Source: Verrucomicrobiaceae bacterium | GTDB lineage: Bacteria > Verrucomicrobiota > Verrucomicrobiia > Verrucomicrobiales > Akkermansiaceae | Reading direction: 5' to 3' | Assembly (NCBI GenBank): GCA_051252135.1 | Contig: JBPOGH010000015.1 | Span: 32,001-96,000, forward strand | Length of the DNA stretch: 64,000 bases | Shown: one piece after another, positions 1-10,551 of the stretch | Numbering within the stretch: the first letter of the stretch is position 1 | Layout: every line of letters starts with the position of its first letter | Program-made: the position numbers and the translations under genes | Notes under the pieces: model-generated | What the model saw: only the letters and a program-made list of their open reading frames with translations | Database searches by the model: none | Told to the model about the DNA's origin: nothing

Positions 1-2118
1 AGCGACGGCCCCAATTGGGAACGCCCCGTCTCCGCCGAGCTCATCGCGCATAACGGCTCCGAGTCCGGCTTCCAAATCGACGCCGGCCTCCGCATCCAGG
101 GCGGATCCAGCCGAAATCCCGACACCCCAAAGCACAGCCTAAGCCTCCGCTTCCGCAACGACTACGGCGCCGGCAAACTCAACTACCCCCTCTTCCGTGA
201 CGCCCCCCACGGCCGCACCGCCGTCGAAAAGTTCGACACCCTCCAGCTCCGCTCCGGCTACAATTTCGGCTGGACCCACCGCCACTTCTGGCAAGCCGAC
301 AAAGCCCAATACGCCCGCGACCAATTCGTCAACGACCTCTTCCTCGAACTCAATAACACCGGCATCCACGGCCGCTGGATCCACCTCTACATCAACGGAA
401 TCTACTGGGGCATCTACCACATCCACGAGCGCCCGGACCAGGACTTCATGGAATCCTACTTCGGCGGTCAAGATGCGGACTACGATGCCATCAACTCCGG
501 CGAAGCCACCTCCGGCACCACCGCCGCCTTCCTCGCCATGGCCAATGTCGCCAAGGGAAATATCGCCAGCTCCTCGGTCTACAACACCATGAAGACCCAT
601 CTCAATGTTGACTCCTTCATCGACTACATGCTCATCAATCTCTACGTCGGAAATAACGACTGGGACGGACACAACTGGCGCGCCGCCGGCACCGGACCCA
701 CCGGCGTCCCCTTCCATGTCATCCCCTGGGATACCGAGTTCGCCATCTCGCCAAATCGCACAGACCCCGCCTACCTCGACATTGCCAACGCCCTCAATAT
801 CGACCGAACCGGCCTCAACGGAAACAACCGCCCCACCGGCATCCATCAGGACCTTTCTCAAAACGCCGAATACCGACTCCGCTTCGCCGACCGCGCCCAC
901 CACGCCTTCTTCAACAACGGCCCCCTCTCACCCACTGGAGCCACCGCCATCTGGCGCCAACGCTCCGATGACATGGGCCTCGCCATCGTCGCCGAGTCCG
1001 CCCGCTGGGGAGACTACCGCCGTGACGTCCAGGCCGCCGGCGGATGGTCCTCCTCGGACTTCGATCTCTACACCCGCGATGACCACTACTACCCCATCCA
1101 GGACTACATCACCGGCACCTACCTCCAGCAACGCCCCGACATCTACCTCGACCAACTCCGCGCCCGCAATCTCTACCCGGATGTCGATGCCCCCACCTAC
1201 TCCCACCTCGCCAACACCCTCTCCATGACCAATCCAAATACCGGAGGCACCATCTACTACACCACCGATGGCACCGACCCCCGCGATCCCGCCGCCCAAA
1301 CCTACACCGGCCCCATCACCCTCACCGCTTCCGCCACCTACAATTCCCGCGTCCTGCAGAACGGCGAGTGGTCCGCCCTCCAATCCCTCGACATCCTCAC
1401 CGGCATCCCCGCCCGCGATTCCAACCTCATCATCTCGGAAATCTACTACAACGAGCCCGGCCCCACCGAAACCAACGAGTTTATCGAACTCACCAACTTC
1501 TCACCCCAACTCATCGACCTGAGCAACCTCTCCTTCTCCGCCGGCATCACCTACACCTTCCCCGTCGGCACCACCCTCGCCCCCGGCGCACAACTCATCC
1601 TCACCCCCGCCGACTACCAAGGCTCCCTCGATAACGACGGCGAAACCATCACCCTCATCGACGCCCTCGGCTTCCTCATCGACTCCGTCACTTACAATGA
1701 CGCCGCCCCCTGGCCCCTCGCAGCCGATGGCGACGGCTACTCCCTCGTCCGCATCTCCCCCTCCTCCCAACTCCCTGGAGACGACCCCGCCTCCTGGCGC
1801 CTCTCCACCGCCCTCGGCGGAAATCCCGGCACCTCCGACTCCTCCACCTTCCCCGGCGGAGACCTCATCGCCTACGCCCTCCAGGGAAACCCCATCACCT
1901 TCAGCCCCAATCTCGACGCCCTCATCGTCCCCCGCAACCTCGCCGCCGATGACCTCATCACCACCGTCCAGGTCTCCACCGATCTCTCCACCTGGACCTC
2001 CCTCACCACCATCCAGGCCGAAACCCTCCCCACCAACGGCGTCACCCAACAAACCTTCCCCCTCCCCCCCGGCACCCCAAAACACTTCGCCCGCCTCAAA
2101 GCCACCCTCCGCCCCTAG
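1..2118 (+). CDS. CotH kinase-family secreted protein with Fn3-associated and lamin-tail domains (5' truncated by window edge)
   Basis: Frame open from base 1 (WERPVSAELI...GLRIQGGSSR...KHSLSLRFR). CotH motifs NNDWDGHNWR and IPWDTE; IYYTTDGTDP; LIISEIYYN...EFIELTN (LTD); C-terminal STDLSTW...FARLK. Confidence 0.85.
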   Translation, partial: SDGPNWERPVSAELIAHNGSESGFQIDAGLRIQGGSSRNPDTPKHSLSLRFRNDYGAGKLNYPLFRDAPHGRTAVEKFDTLQLRSGYNFGWTHRHFWQADKAQYARDQFVNDLFLELNNTGIHGRWIHLYINGIYWGIYHIHERPDQDFMESYFGGQDADYDAINSGEATSGTTAAFLAMANVAKGNIASSSVYNTMKTHLNVDSFIDYMLINLYVGNNDWDGHNWRAAGTGPTGVPFHVIPWDTEFAISPNRTDPAYLDIANALNIDRTGLNGNNRPTGIHQDLSQNAEYRLRFADRAHHAFFNNGPLSPTGATAIWRQRSDDMGLAIVAESARWGDYRRDVQAAGGWSSSDFDLYTRDDHYYPIQDYITGTYLQQRPDIYLDQLRARNLYPDVDAPTYSHLANTLSMTNPNTGGTIYYTTDGTDPRDPAAQTYTGPITLTASATYNSRVLQNGEWSALQSLDILTGIPARDSNLIISEIYYNEPGPTETNEFIELTNFSPQLIDLSNLSFSAGITYTFPVGTTLAPGAQLILTPADYQGSLDNDGETITLIDALGFLIDSVTYNDAAPWPLAADGDGYSLVRISPSSQLPGDDPASWRLSTALGGNPGTSDSSTFPGGDLIAYALQGNPITFSPNLDALIVPRNLAADDLITTVQVSTDLSTWTSLTTIQAETLPTNGVTQQTFPLPPGTPKHFARLKATLRP

Positions 2119-2130
2119 CCCCCCCCAAAA

Positions 2131-2161
2131 GGCAGGGACCGATCTCCGGGCGGTCCGGTTG
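2131..2161 (+). repeat. REP-like palindrome type A (GGCAG-GGACCG-N9-CGGTCC)
   Basis: Hairpin GGACCG/CGGTCC; near-identical copies at 4676, 4791, 4905. Confidence 0.8.
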
Positions 2162-2179
2162 CGTCCCCCTCTGTCCCCC

Positions 2180-2395
2180 CAACCAAGCCTTCAACGTTCA
2201 AATCTCACTGTTCAATATTCAGAGTTCCCCCCCAACCAAGCCCCCCCAACCAAGCTATCCCTTCCATCCTGTCCATCTGTGGTTATTCCTCCCCCCCCAA
2301 CCAAGAATTCAAAGTCCAGAGTTCAACGTTCATCCTCCTCCCCACCCAAGAATTCAAAGTTCAGAGTTCAAAGTTCAGCGTTCAGAGTTCAGCCT
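2180..2395 (+). repeat. Composite repeat mosaic: CAACCAAG linkers plus heptamer tandem repeats (TTCAAAG/TTCAGAG/TTCAGCG)
   Basis: CAACCAAG at 2180, 2233, 2247, 2298; heptamer run 2353-2392; modules shared with 6093-6140 and 24852-24871. Confidence 0.75.
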
Positions 2396-2400
2396 CCCCC

Positions 2401-4617
<2,217 letters not shown>

Positions 4618-4622
4618 AAAAA

Positions 4623-4961
4623 GGAGTCGCGGCGCCCCCGCCGCCCCCCAACCAAGCCCCCACAACCAAGCCCAAGGCAGGGACCGATCTCCGGGCGGTC
4701 CGGTTGCATCCCGCTCTGTCCCCCCAACCAAGCTAAGGAGAGTGGGCATCCTGCCCGCCCCCCCTACCAAGCCCCCTCAACAAAGCCCAAGGCAGGGACC
4801 GATCTCCGAGCGGTCCGGTTGCATCCCGCTCTGCCCCCCAACCAAGCTAAGGAGAGTGGGCATCCTGCCCGCCCCCCCAACCAAGCACCCTCAACCAATC
4901 CCAAGGCAGGGACCGATCTCCGAGCGGTCCGGTTGCGTCCCCGCACTGCCCCCCAACCAAG
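4623..4961 (+). repeat. BIME-like array of alternating REP-like palindromes, ~115 bp period
   Basis: Type A at 4676, 4791, 4905; type B GGAG-AGTGGGCA-TCC-TGCCCGC at 4737, 4851; CAACCAAG linkers between them. Confidence 0.85.
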
Positions 4962-4970
4962 CCCTCCCAT

Positions 4971-5054
4971 TGAGCTGAAGGCTCAAAAGAACAAAGCCCA
5001 TGGCTTCAGCCATGGGATTCAAATCCAAAAAATATCAGCGCCCTGAAAGGTCGC
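4971..5054 (+). repeat. Multi-hairpin REP-like element, copy 1
   Basis: TGAGC-TGAAG-GCTCA, CCCATGGC-TTCA-GCCATGGG, GCCCTGAAAGGTCG; direct repeat of 5937-6019. Confidence 0.85.
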
Positions 5055-5071
5055 AGAAACTCCCTCCCCCC

Positions 5072-5800
5072 CTAAAACGCCCATCGCATCCCAACACCCC
5101 CGTGAAAAAAGTCGATCAACAGATCGTCCCCGGCCAACGTTGCCTCTCTCCCCAAAGCCCAATTGTAAACGCCGTGCACGGTCAGCGAGACCGAATCGGT
5201 AAGCGCATACTCCGCCCCCAATCGCACCGCCAGGTTGTTGAACCCATCGTGCCCATCGCTCACATAATTTTGGTTCATCCCGATCGGAATCGAAACATTG
5301 ATCGCGAGACGATCACTGAGCGAAAACTCCCGGCTCGCCGTAAGCTCGGCGAAATACCCGTCGGCATCGAACGAATAATAGAAATCGGCCGCGAGCTCCA
5401 CCTCCAGATGCAGCCCCGACCACGAAACCCCGGCTCCGATCTCGTTGTCGAACGTCCCGTCAAAAGGAAATCGGAGATGGGTGTATCCCCCGTAAAAATC
5501 AACATCTCCAATGCTCCGGGCCAGCGTGAGACTCAGCTGCAACTCGTCATACCCCTGATCCGGCGAAAACCCATACCAGATCCCCCCTGCCACATACTCG
5601 GAGCCCAGCTCGATACTGCTCGTAAACAAGGAATCCCCGCCCAAGGAATCCCGCCCTTCCGAGAGATAACGACTCTCCCACCCCAGCCGCACCTGCGTCT
5701 CCACCACCTCGCGAACGTGAGGGTGCGCAAACCGAAGCTGCCCCTCCGTTTCGTGCCCGAACGCCGGCACCACACTCACGGCACCACAAAAAAGTAACAT
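5072..5800 (-). CDS. Putative outer-membrane beta-barrel protein (start uncertain; ORF open to 5881)
   Basis: Signal-like N-terminus, amphipathic aromatic-rich beta strands, C-terminal GVGMRWAF (BAM-type terminal Phe). Confidence 0.7.
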   Translation of the reverse strand: MLLFCGAVSVVPAFGHETEGQLRFAHPHVREVVETQVRLGWESRYLSEGRDSLGGDSLFTSSIELGSEYVAGGIWYGFSPDQGYDELQLSLTLARSIGDVDFYGGYTHLRFPFDGTFDNEIGAGVSWSGLHLEVELAADFYYSFDADGYFAELTASREFSLSDRLAINVSIPIGMNQNYVSDGHDGFNNLAVRLGAEYALTDSVSLTVHGVYNWALGREATLAGDDLLIDFFHGGVGMRWAF

Positions 5801-5936
5801 AGGAGAAACATTCCGGATCATCTGCAGGGGGGACTCACTCACGTCCCGCCACACCATAAAAGCCCCCCACCCCTCGAACAAGCGATATCAAGACCCCAAG
5901 CCCCCCTTCACCTTCAAAAAAACCCAAGCCAAAAAA

Positions 5937-6019
5937 TGAGCTGAAAGCTCAAAAGAACAAAGCCCATGGCTTCAGCCATGGGTCCCCAATCGAAAGAAAA
6001 CAGCGCCCTGAAAGGTCGC
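5937..6019 (+). repeat. Multi-hairpin REP-like element, copy 2
   Basis: Near-identical to 4971-5054 in the same orientation. Confidence 0.85.
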
Positions 6020-6154
6020 CAGAATCCCCCGAAAATCCCAACACCCTCTCAACCCAAGGCTAGAAAAAAAACGCCACGCTCCCACCACCCCACAACCAAG
6101 CCATCATCGTTCAAATCTCACTATTCGATCCTCAGAGTTCGCTCCCTTATCCAT

Positions 6155-6250
6155 CGCCCCAAGGGGGCAAAATAACCTAGCCTGGGGCAAAGCAACGCGG
6201 CGCCCTAGGATCCCAAACCGATGAGCGCCCAAGCCCTGTAAGGGCCACAC
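6155..6250 (+). repeat. Related multi-hairpin REP-like element
   Basis: GCCCC-AAG-GGGGC, CCTGGGGC...GCCCTAGG, GCCCT-GTA-AGGGC hairpins; same three-hairpin layout as 4971 and 5937. Confidence 0.6.
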
Positions 6251-6354
6251 AATCTTCCGACCACACCACCAAATCACCGCTGATGTTTCATCTCAGAATC
6301 TTGTTCGCTTGTTGGGTTTCTGAGGCGCGACCGCTCAAGCTCTTCCTGGTGGCA

Positions 6355-6669
6355 CTAACGTGTATGCTCGTCTCCGATCAATGCTCGAGGAGAGATGCTG
6401 CTAATGTCACCCTCGAATTCAAGTAGGCAGGTCATACCCGAGGAAATCTCGTCAAACTCTCTGACGTAAGCCTCGATTCGAGCTACCTTAAGTTCGATTG
6501 GCTGGGCGAAGAATAGTTCCGACCATACCTCGTCGTTCTCGTTGTGGTATTCAGATCGATACTCGACCGTGAATCGGTCCCCGACACGAATGTCTCCACC
6601 GCACACACGACCCGCGAAACCGTTATTCCCGAGGTTGTGATCTGTGACGAATGAGAGGTATCGGGCCAT
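6355..6669 (-). CDS. Cassette-borne hypothetical protein, EF-Tu domain II-like beta-barrel
   Basis: 104 aa; ATG ~19 nt after the attC crossover; GRVCGGDIRVGDRF...VARIEAYVREFDEISSGMTCLLEFEG. Confidence 0.7.
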   Translation of the reverse strand: MARYLSFVTDHNLGNNGFAGRVCGGDIRVGDRFTVEYRSEYHNENDEVWSELFFAQPIELKVARIEAYVREFDEISSGMTCLLEFEGDISSISPRALIGDEHTR

Positions 6670-6682
6670 CTTCTTTTTCTGA

Positions 6683-6821
6683 GCATAACGTTCAGGAACT
6701 GGCGACCCATACCGTATGGTGCCGAACAGCTTCCAATTACCAACCGATATCCAGCGCAGCCGGAAAACTCAAACTGAACTTTCAGCGCGGCACGCGGTCG
6801 CCCAGCTTCCGATTGTTCTCC
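6683..6821 (-). mobile_element. Integron attC-like recombination site 1 (139 bp)
   Basis: Minus strand: R'' GGAGAAC, 5 nt, L'' GAAGCTGG, GCGACC...GGTCG, L' CCAGTTC, 6 nt, R' GTTATGC; extra base in L''; homologous to 7101-7237. Confidence 0.85.
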
Positions 6822-6844
6822 AAATTTGATTCTTTGAGTGTCGT

Positions 6845-7093
6845 TTAGAAAGACTCTGCTGAATTCTCGAACAAACCACAGAAGCAACACCATCTGTGGA
6901 ATCCTTCAGAATCTCTCAGCAAGGAACTCATCTTGCTCGTTCCGCAATGACCACAGTCAACCTCACAACTCTCGTTCTCAAAGGCTTCATACGAACAATT
7001 CCCACAAAACCAAATCGTGAATGGACTGACCTCTTCATCAATTGACCAAGTGAAGTTCTTTGTCTCGCATTTAGGGCATATCTGAAGAGCCAT
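6845..7093 (-). CDS. Cassette-borne Cys-rich, putative zinc-ribbon protein (82 aa)
   Basis: MALQICPKC...CGNC...CGHC...CCFC; ATG 13 nt after the attC crossover. Confidence 0.7.
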   Translation of the reverse strand: MALQICPKCETKNFTWSIDEEVSPFTIWFCGNCSYEAFENESCEVDCGHCGTSKMSSLLRDSEGFHRWCCFCGLFENSAESF

Positions 7094-7100
7094 ATCTAAT

Positions 7101-7237
7101 GGAAAACGTTGAGGAACTTGCAACCCATCCCGATGGTGCCGGCCAGCTTCCAATTGCCGAAGGGTATCCAGCGGGGCCGAAAAACTCAAATTCAACTTTC
7201 ACCGCTTGATGTGGTAGCCAGCTTCAGCTTGTTCCGC
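7101..7237 (-). mobile_element. Integron attC-like recombination site 2 (137 bp)
   Basis: Minus strand: GCGGAAC-AAGCT-GAAGCTGG-CTACC...GGTTG-CAAGTTC-CTCAAC-GTTTTCC. Confidence 0.85.
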
Positions 7238-7678
7238 TTTTTCGTTGTTTGCTTCGCTTGAGAAGATGGCGGCCTCTCCACCGACTGCGAAAGGAGCCTC
7301 TGTGACAATCTCTCCGGAATCGCTGATGGCATATGGGAAAATTACCACTCTTGAATAGTCGTCGCGATGATCAACCTCGAAAGCAATCGCATCCTGCTTC
7401 TCAGTTCGATTCGGCGGCACAGTTCTAATGTCGTATACTGTGCAAGATGCACGAATCACACCAGCTTGAGCCTGCTCTCGATGTGCTTCCCTAAGAATGT
7501 GAATCAAAGGATGCGATTCTGAGATCTCCTCACCGGTAGTCGCCCCTACGTGAACGATCTCGCCGCCGATAGCCATTCTTCCACCATAAGGAAGAAACTC
7601 TTGGTGCTTTCCGAGCATCTGCTTTGCAAATGGCATAAACTCGTCGACCAATTTTTGAGCATCCTGTTTAGCTGTCAT
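7199..7678 (-). CDS. Cassette-borne hypothetical protein; 3' end reads into attC
   Basis: 159 aa ORF with lower GC than its neighbours; terminal AEQAEAGYHIKR is encoded by the attC left arm. Confidence 0.75.
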   Translation of the reverse strand: MTAKQDAQKLVDEFMPFAKQMLGKHQEFLPYGGRMAIGGEIVHVGATTGEEISESHPLIHILREAHREQAQAGVIRASCTVYDIRTVPPNRTEKQDAIAFEVDHRDDYSRVVIFPYAISDSGEIVTEAPFAVGGEAAIFSSEANNEKAEQAEAGYHIKR

Positions 7679-7679
7679 G

Positions 7680-7883
7680 CTAGTCGCTCTTTATTAAATG
7701 GGTGATGTCGTGAAACGCGTCGTCACGCCCGCCTGAAGATCGAGAAATCGAAAAGAAGACAGGTCCAAACTTGGTGTTGAACTTGGCGTTCTCAAACTGA
7801 TCCAGCTCAGTATTAGCGAAACGATACAGGAGCCTAACCATTTGTTTGTGCTCTTCATCGGTGAGCTTCGATTCCAAATCCAT
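7680..7883 (-). CDS. Small hypothetical protein (67 aa, MDLESKLTDEEHK...)
   Basis: AT-rich ORF; stop abuts next ATG at 7678; candidate promoter just upstream. Confidence 0.6.
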   Translation of the reverse strand: MDLESKLTDEEHKQMVRLLYRFANTELDQFENAKFNTKFGPVFFSISRSSGGRDDAFHDITHLIKSD

Positions 7884-7894
7884 TATTAAGCAGT

Positions 7895-7923
7895 AAAGTA
7901 AGGTTATCCTGCTTGCGTAGCAA
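7895..7923 (-). promoter_or_regulatory. Candidate sigma70 promoter facing the cassette array
   Basis: TTGCTA-17 bp-TACTTT on the minus strand, 11 nt upstream of ATG 7883. Confidence 0.45.
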
Positions 7924-8053
7924 GTTGCGATCACCCCCCTATAACCCCCCATTCGCTCCGCTCCAATTCTAATCATCCACCCAATTCATCAAGCTCTCAA
8001 TCCAGCCCTACAAATTATATCTTCCCACCAACCGCTCTCCAAGACCTCACCGT

Positions 8054-8671
8054 TCAAATCTCAAAGTCCCCCCTCTTCCTCCTCCCCCACGCCACCAAAA
8101 ATCCCCCGATCGCTCCCCCTAGGTGTCCCTCCCAACTCAAATTCGCCGACCTCACCGCTTCCGTCGGCAACATCGTCATCAACGCCCCCCAAAAAAACAC
8201 CACCACCAACACCGCGAGCACAATCGACTTCGGCGTCTTCTGATAATACCCCGACGCGATCAAAAAACCAACGTAGCCAAACACCACCGAGCTCGCCCCG
8301 ATATGCACCGAGTCCGAAGCCCCGATCACCCACACGATCACTCCCGCCACCAACCCGGACACCACCGAGACCACGAAAAGATCTCTCCACCCCGAGGTCA
8401 AAAGAGCCGCTCCCAAAATCAAGAGCGCAATCGAATTACTCACCAGATGCCCAAACCCCGCATGGAGAAACGGCGCAAAAAGAATCCCCTCCAAATGCGA
8501 AAACTCCCGCGGATGAATCCCCCACATCTCCAGCCGACTCCCCAAGAGCAGACAATCGAGCAACTCGATCACCCACAGCACCGCAATCACCCAGACAAAG
8601 CTCCGCAGCCGCCCCCAATAAGACAAAGGTGGCACCGCCAACGGATCGACATCTTGAACCGGACTACTCAT
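8054..8671 (-). CDS. Rhomboid-family intramembrane serine protease
   Basis: PFLHAGFGHL..N, HIGASS catalytic Ser motif, SWEGHLGGAIGG. Confidence 0.9.
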   Translation of the reverse strand: MSSPVQDVDPLAVPPLSYWGRLRSFVWVIAVLWVIELLDCLLLGSRLEMWGIHPREFSHLEGILFAPFLHAGFGHLVSNSIALLILGAALLTSGWRDLFVVSVVSGLVAGVIVWVIGASDSVHIGASSVVFGYVGFLIASGYYQKTPKSIVLAVLVVVFFWGALMTMLPTEAVRSANLSWEGHLGGAIGGFLVAWGRRKRGDFEI

Positions 8672-8694
8672 TTGAAGTCCTCAACCTATCGCGA

Positions 8695-9174
8695 TCACCC
8701 CTTCAGCTCCATCACGATATTCGCTCTCGAATAAAGCGGATGCGGCCCCGTGTGCGTCGCCACAAAACCGTATTTCAAATAAAGCTGAATCGCCGCCTCA
8801 AGCTTCGTATTCGAAACCAAATAAACCTTCTTCGCCCCCACCTCACGCGCCTTCGCAAGGCAGACCGTCATCAGCTGATCACCAATCCCCCTCCCCTGAC
8901 ACCCCGGACTCACTGCCATCCGGGCCAATTCAAAAACTCCCTCTCCCTCACAAAAAAGCGCACACACCCCAACCACTTCACCTCCCTCGGCAAGGCTGAA
9001 AACAAAGCCTCCCTCATCAATGATCTTCCCCGGGTCCGCCGCCAGTTTGTGATCGGTTTCTTCCAGAGAAAAATAGGTCCTGATCCATTCCTCATTCAAC
9101 CTGATGAACGACTCAAGATGCTCCCGATTATTTTCGTGCCTCTCCATCTCAATCACATTCGACTTACTCTCCAT
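8695..9174 (-). CDS. GNAT-family N-acetyltransferase
   Basis: ELARMAVSPGCQGRGIG acetyl-CoA motif; AIQLYLKYGF. Confidence 0.88.
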   Translation of the reverse strand: MESKSNVIEMERHENNREHLESFIRLNEEWIRTYFSLEETDHKLAADPGKIIDEGGFVFSLAEGGEVVGVCALFCEGEGVFELARMAVSPGCQGRGIGDQLMTVCLAKAREVGAKKVYLVSNTKLEAAIQLYLKYGFVATHTGPHPLYSRANIVMELKG

Positions 9175-9784
9175 CCCTGCCAACCGAAGCACCACCATGA
9201 CGCCACAACCGGGTTTCCAAATGCTTCCGCACCCCGGGCCATTCCGATTTCACGATCGAGTAAAACACACTATCCCTCACACTCCCGTCACCACGCAACG
9301 AATGGTGCCGGATCACCCCGTCTTTCTTCGCACCCAACGCTTCAATTGCCGCTTGGGAACGGTGGTTAAAAAAGTCCGTCCGAAAACCCACCACCCCGCA
9401 GCCCAGCACATCGAAAGCATACTCCAGCAGCAGAAGCTTACACGCCGAGTTCACATGCGTCCTCTGATGACTCGCGCCATACCACGTGTAACCAATCTCC
9501 ACCCGATCAACCTCCGGCAGAATGTCGTGAAATCGTGTCGACCCCAACACGTTCCCGGATTGCTCATCCACCACCGCCCATGGACACATCTGCCCGTCCG
9601 CATGACCGGCAAGCGCCCTCTCAATGTATTCCGCAACAGAGTCAGCTTGGGGAACCTGCGTAAAAAACAGATTCCACAACTCACCATCGGACGCCGCCAA
9701 TCCCAGCCCCTCGACATGCTCCATCCCCAACGGCTCCAACCGCACACCGTGGCCACTCAGTATCGCAGGAACAACTTGAATCAT
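9164..9784 (-). CDS. GNAT-family N-acetyltransferase, RimJ/RimL type
   Basis: VRLEPL, VEIGYTW, NHRSQAAIEALGA, RDSVFYSI. Confidence 0.9.
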   Translation of the reverse strand: MIQVVPAILSGHGVRLEPLGMEHVEGLGLAASDGELWNLFFTQVPQADSVAEYIERALAGHADGQMCPWAVVDEQSGNVLGSTRFHDILPEVDRVEIGYTWYGASHQRTHVNSACKLLLLEYAFDVLGCGVVGFRTDFFNHRSQAAIEALGAKKDGVIRHHSLRGDGSVRDSVFYSIVKSEWPGVRKHLETRLWRHGGASVGRDGE

Positions 9785-9887
9785 GTGAAAATATTTACGG
9801 ATTCAGAATCGCGCCCATCAAAATCCGGCACGAACCTTTGTGATGCTATTGATCTAAAAAACATGACGCAAGATTCAACTCCCCACT

Positions 9888-10490
9888 CTACTTCACCCTC
9901 ACCACCACCCGCACCGGATGCCCCACCTTCGGCAACGCCTTCCCGTTCGGAACATGAATCTCATCATTACCCCGACTCTTCCCGCCATACTGAATCAAGG
10001 CCGTCGGATCATGAATGATGGAAACAAAGGGCGCGTCCACAAACCTCTTCGCCTCCTTCCCCTTCGGTCCATAACTCCACTTCGCCTGCAAGGTCTCTCC
10101 TTTATGCGGCTCCGTCAGTAAAACCGACTTCTCCAACGCCAACTTTCCATCCGGCCCGTTCGCCTTCCAACGCACCTCCACCGTCACCGCCTTGGAATCC
10201 TCCCCCTCTTTTCCCAATCCCAAGAGCAAAGCCGCCAGATGCACATGAAAGGGATCCGCTTCGCTCAAAAAAACCGCCTCGTGCGCCTTCGATCTCGGAG
10301 TCACCAAAAGATACTCCACCGGCCCCTCCCGCATGTGCACCTTCGCCGGAATCGTGATGCTCCGCTCCGTCTGGCTCACGATCACCTTCCCAATCTGAAA
10401 ACGCCCTTCACCCAACTCCGTCATCGCCACCTCTTCCGCTCCCAAAGTCGACGCCACCAATGCCACCAGACTGGTAACAAATTGGCACAT
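9888..10490 (-). CDS. Exported hypothetical protein (YdjY-like domain)
   Basis: Signal-like N-terminus; PVEYLLVTPRSKAHEAV...HLAALLLG. Confidence 0.6.
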   Translation of the reverse strand: MCQFVTSLVALVASTLGAEEVAMTELGEGRFQIGKVIVSQTERSITIPAKVHMREGPVEYLLVTPRSKAHEAVFLSEADPFHVHLAALLLGLGKEGEDSKAVTVEVRWKANGPDGKLALEKSVLLTEPHKGETLQAKWSYGPKGKEAKRFVDAPFVSIIHDPTALIQYGGKSRGNDEIHVPNGKALPKVGHPVRVVVRVK

Positions 10491-10551
10491 TATTGACTTC
10501 AACACTCCTTTCCGATAGTTGAGAATGATTAATATCTCAACCCATTTCGCC

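Noticed and set aside
4623..4961. Possible CRISPR array
   Set aside because: The sequences between repeats are themselves repeated; the layout fits REP/BIME
6483..6893. 136-aa minus-strand ORF, and the 7094-7195 extension of the Cys-rich ORF
   Set aside because: Both read through attC sites and/or overlap better-supported cassette ORFs
7939..7945. GTTATAG on the minus strand as a possible attI core
   Set aside because: A single 7-mer in G/C runs, with no adjacent integrase and no match to the R'' (GCGGAAC) of the first cassette
10483..10497. Sigma-54-like TGGCAC...TTGA upstream of the large secreted protein
   Set aside because: Wrong spacing (N4) and no -12 GC; it also overlaps the divergent gene's start
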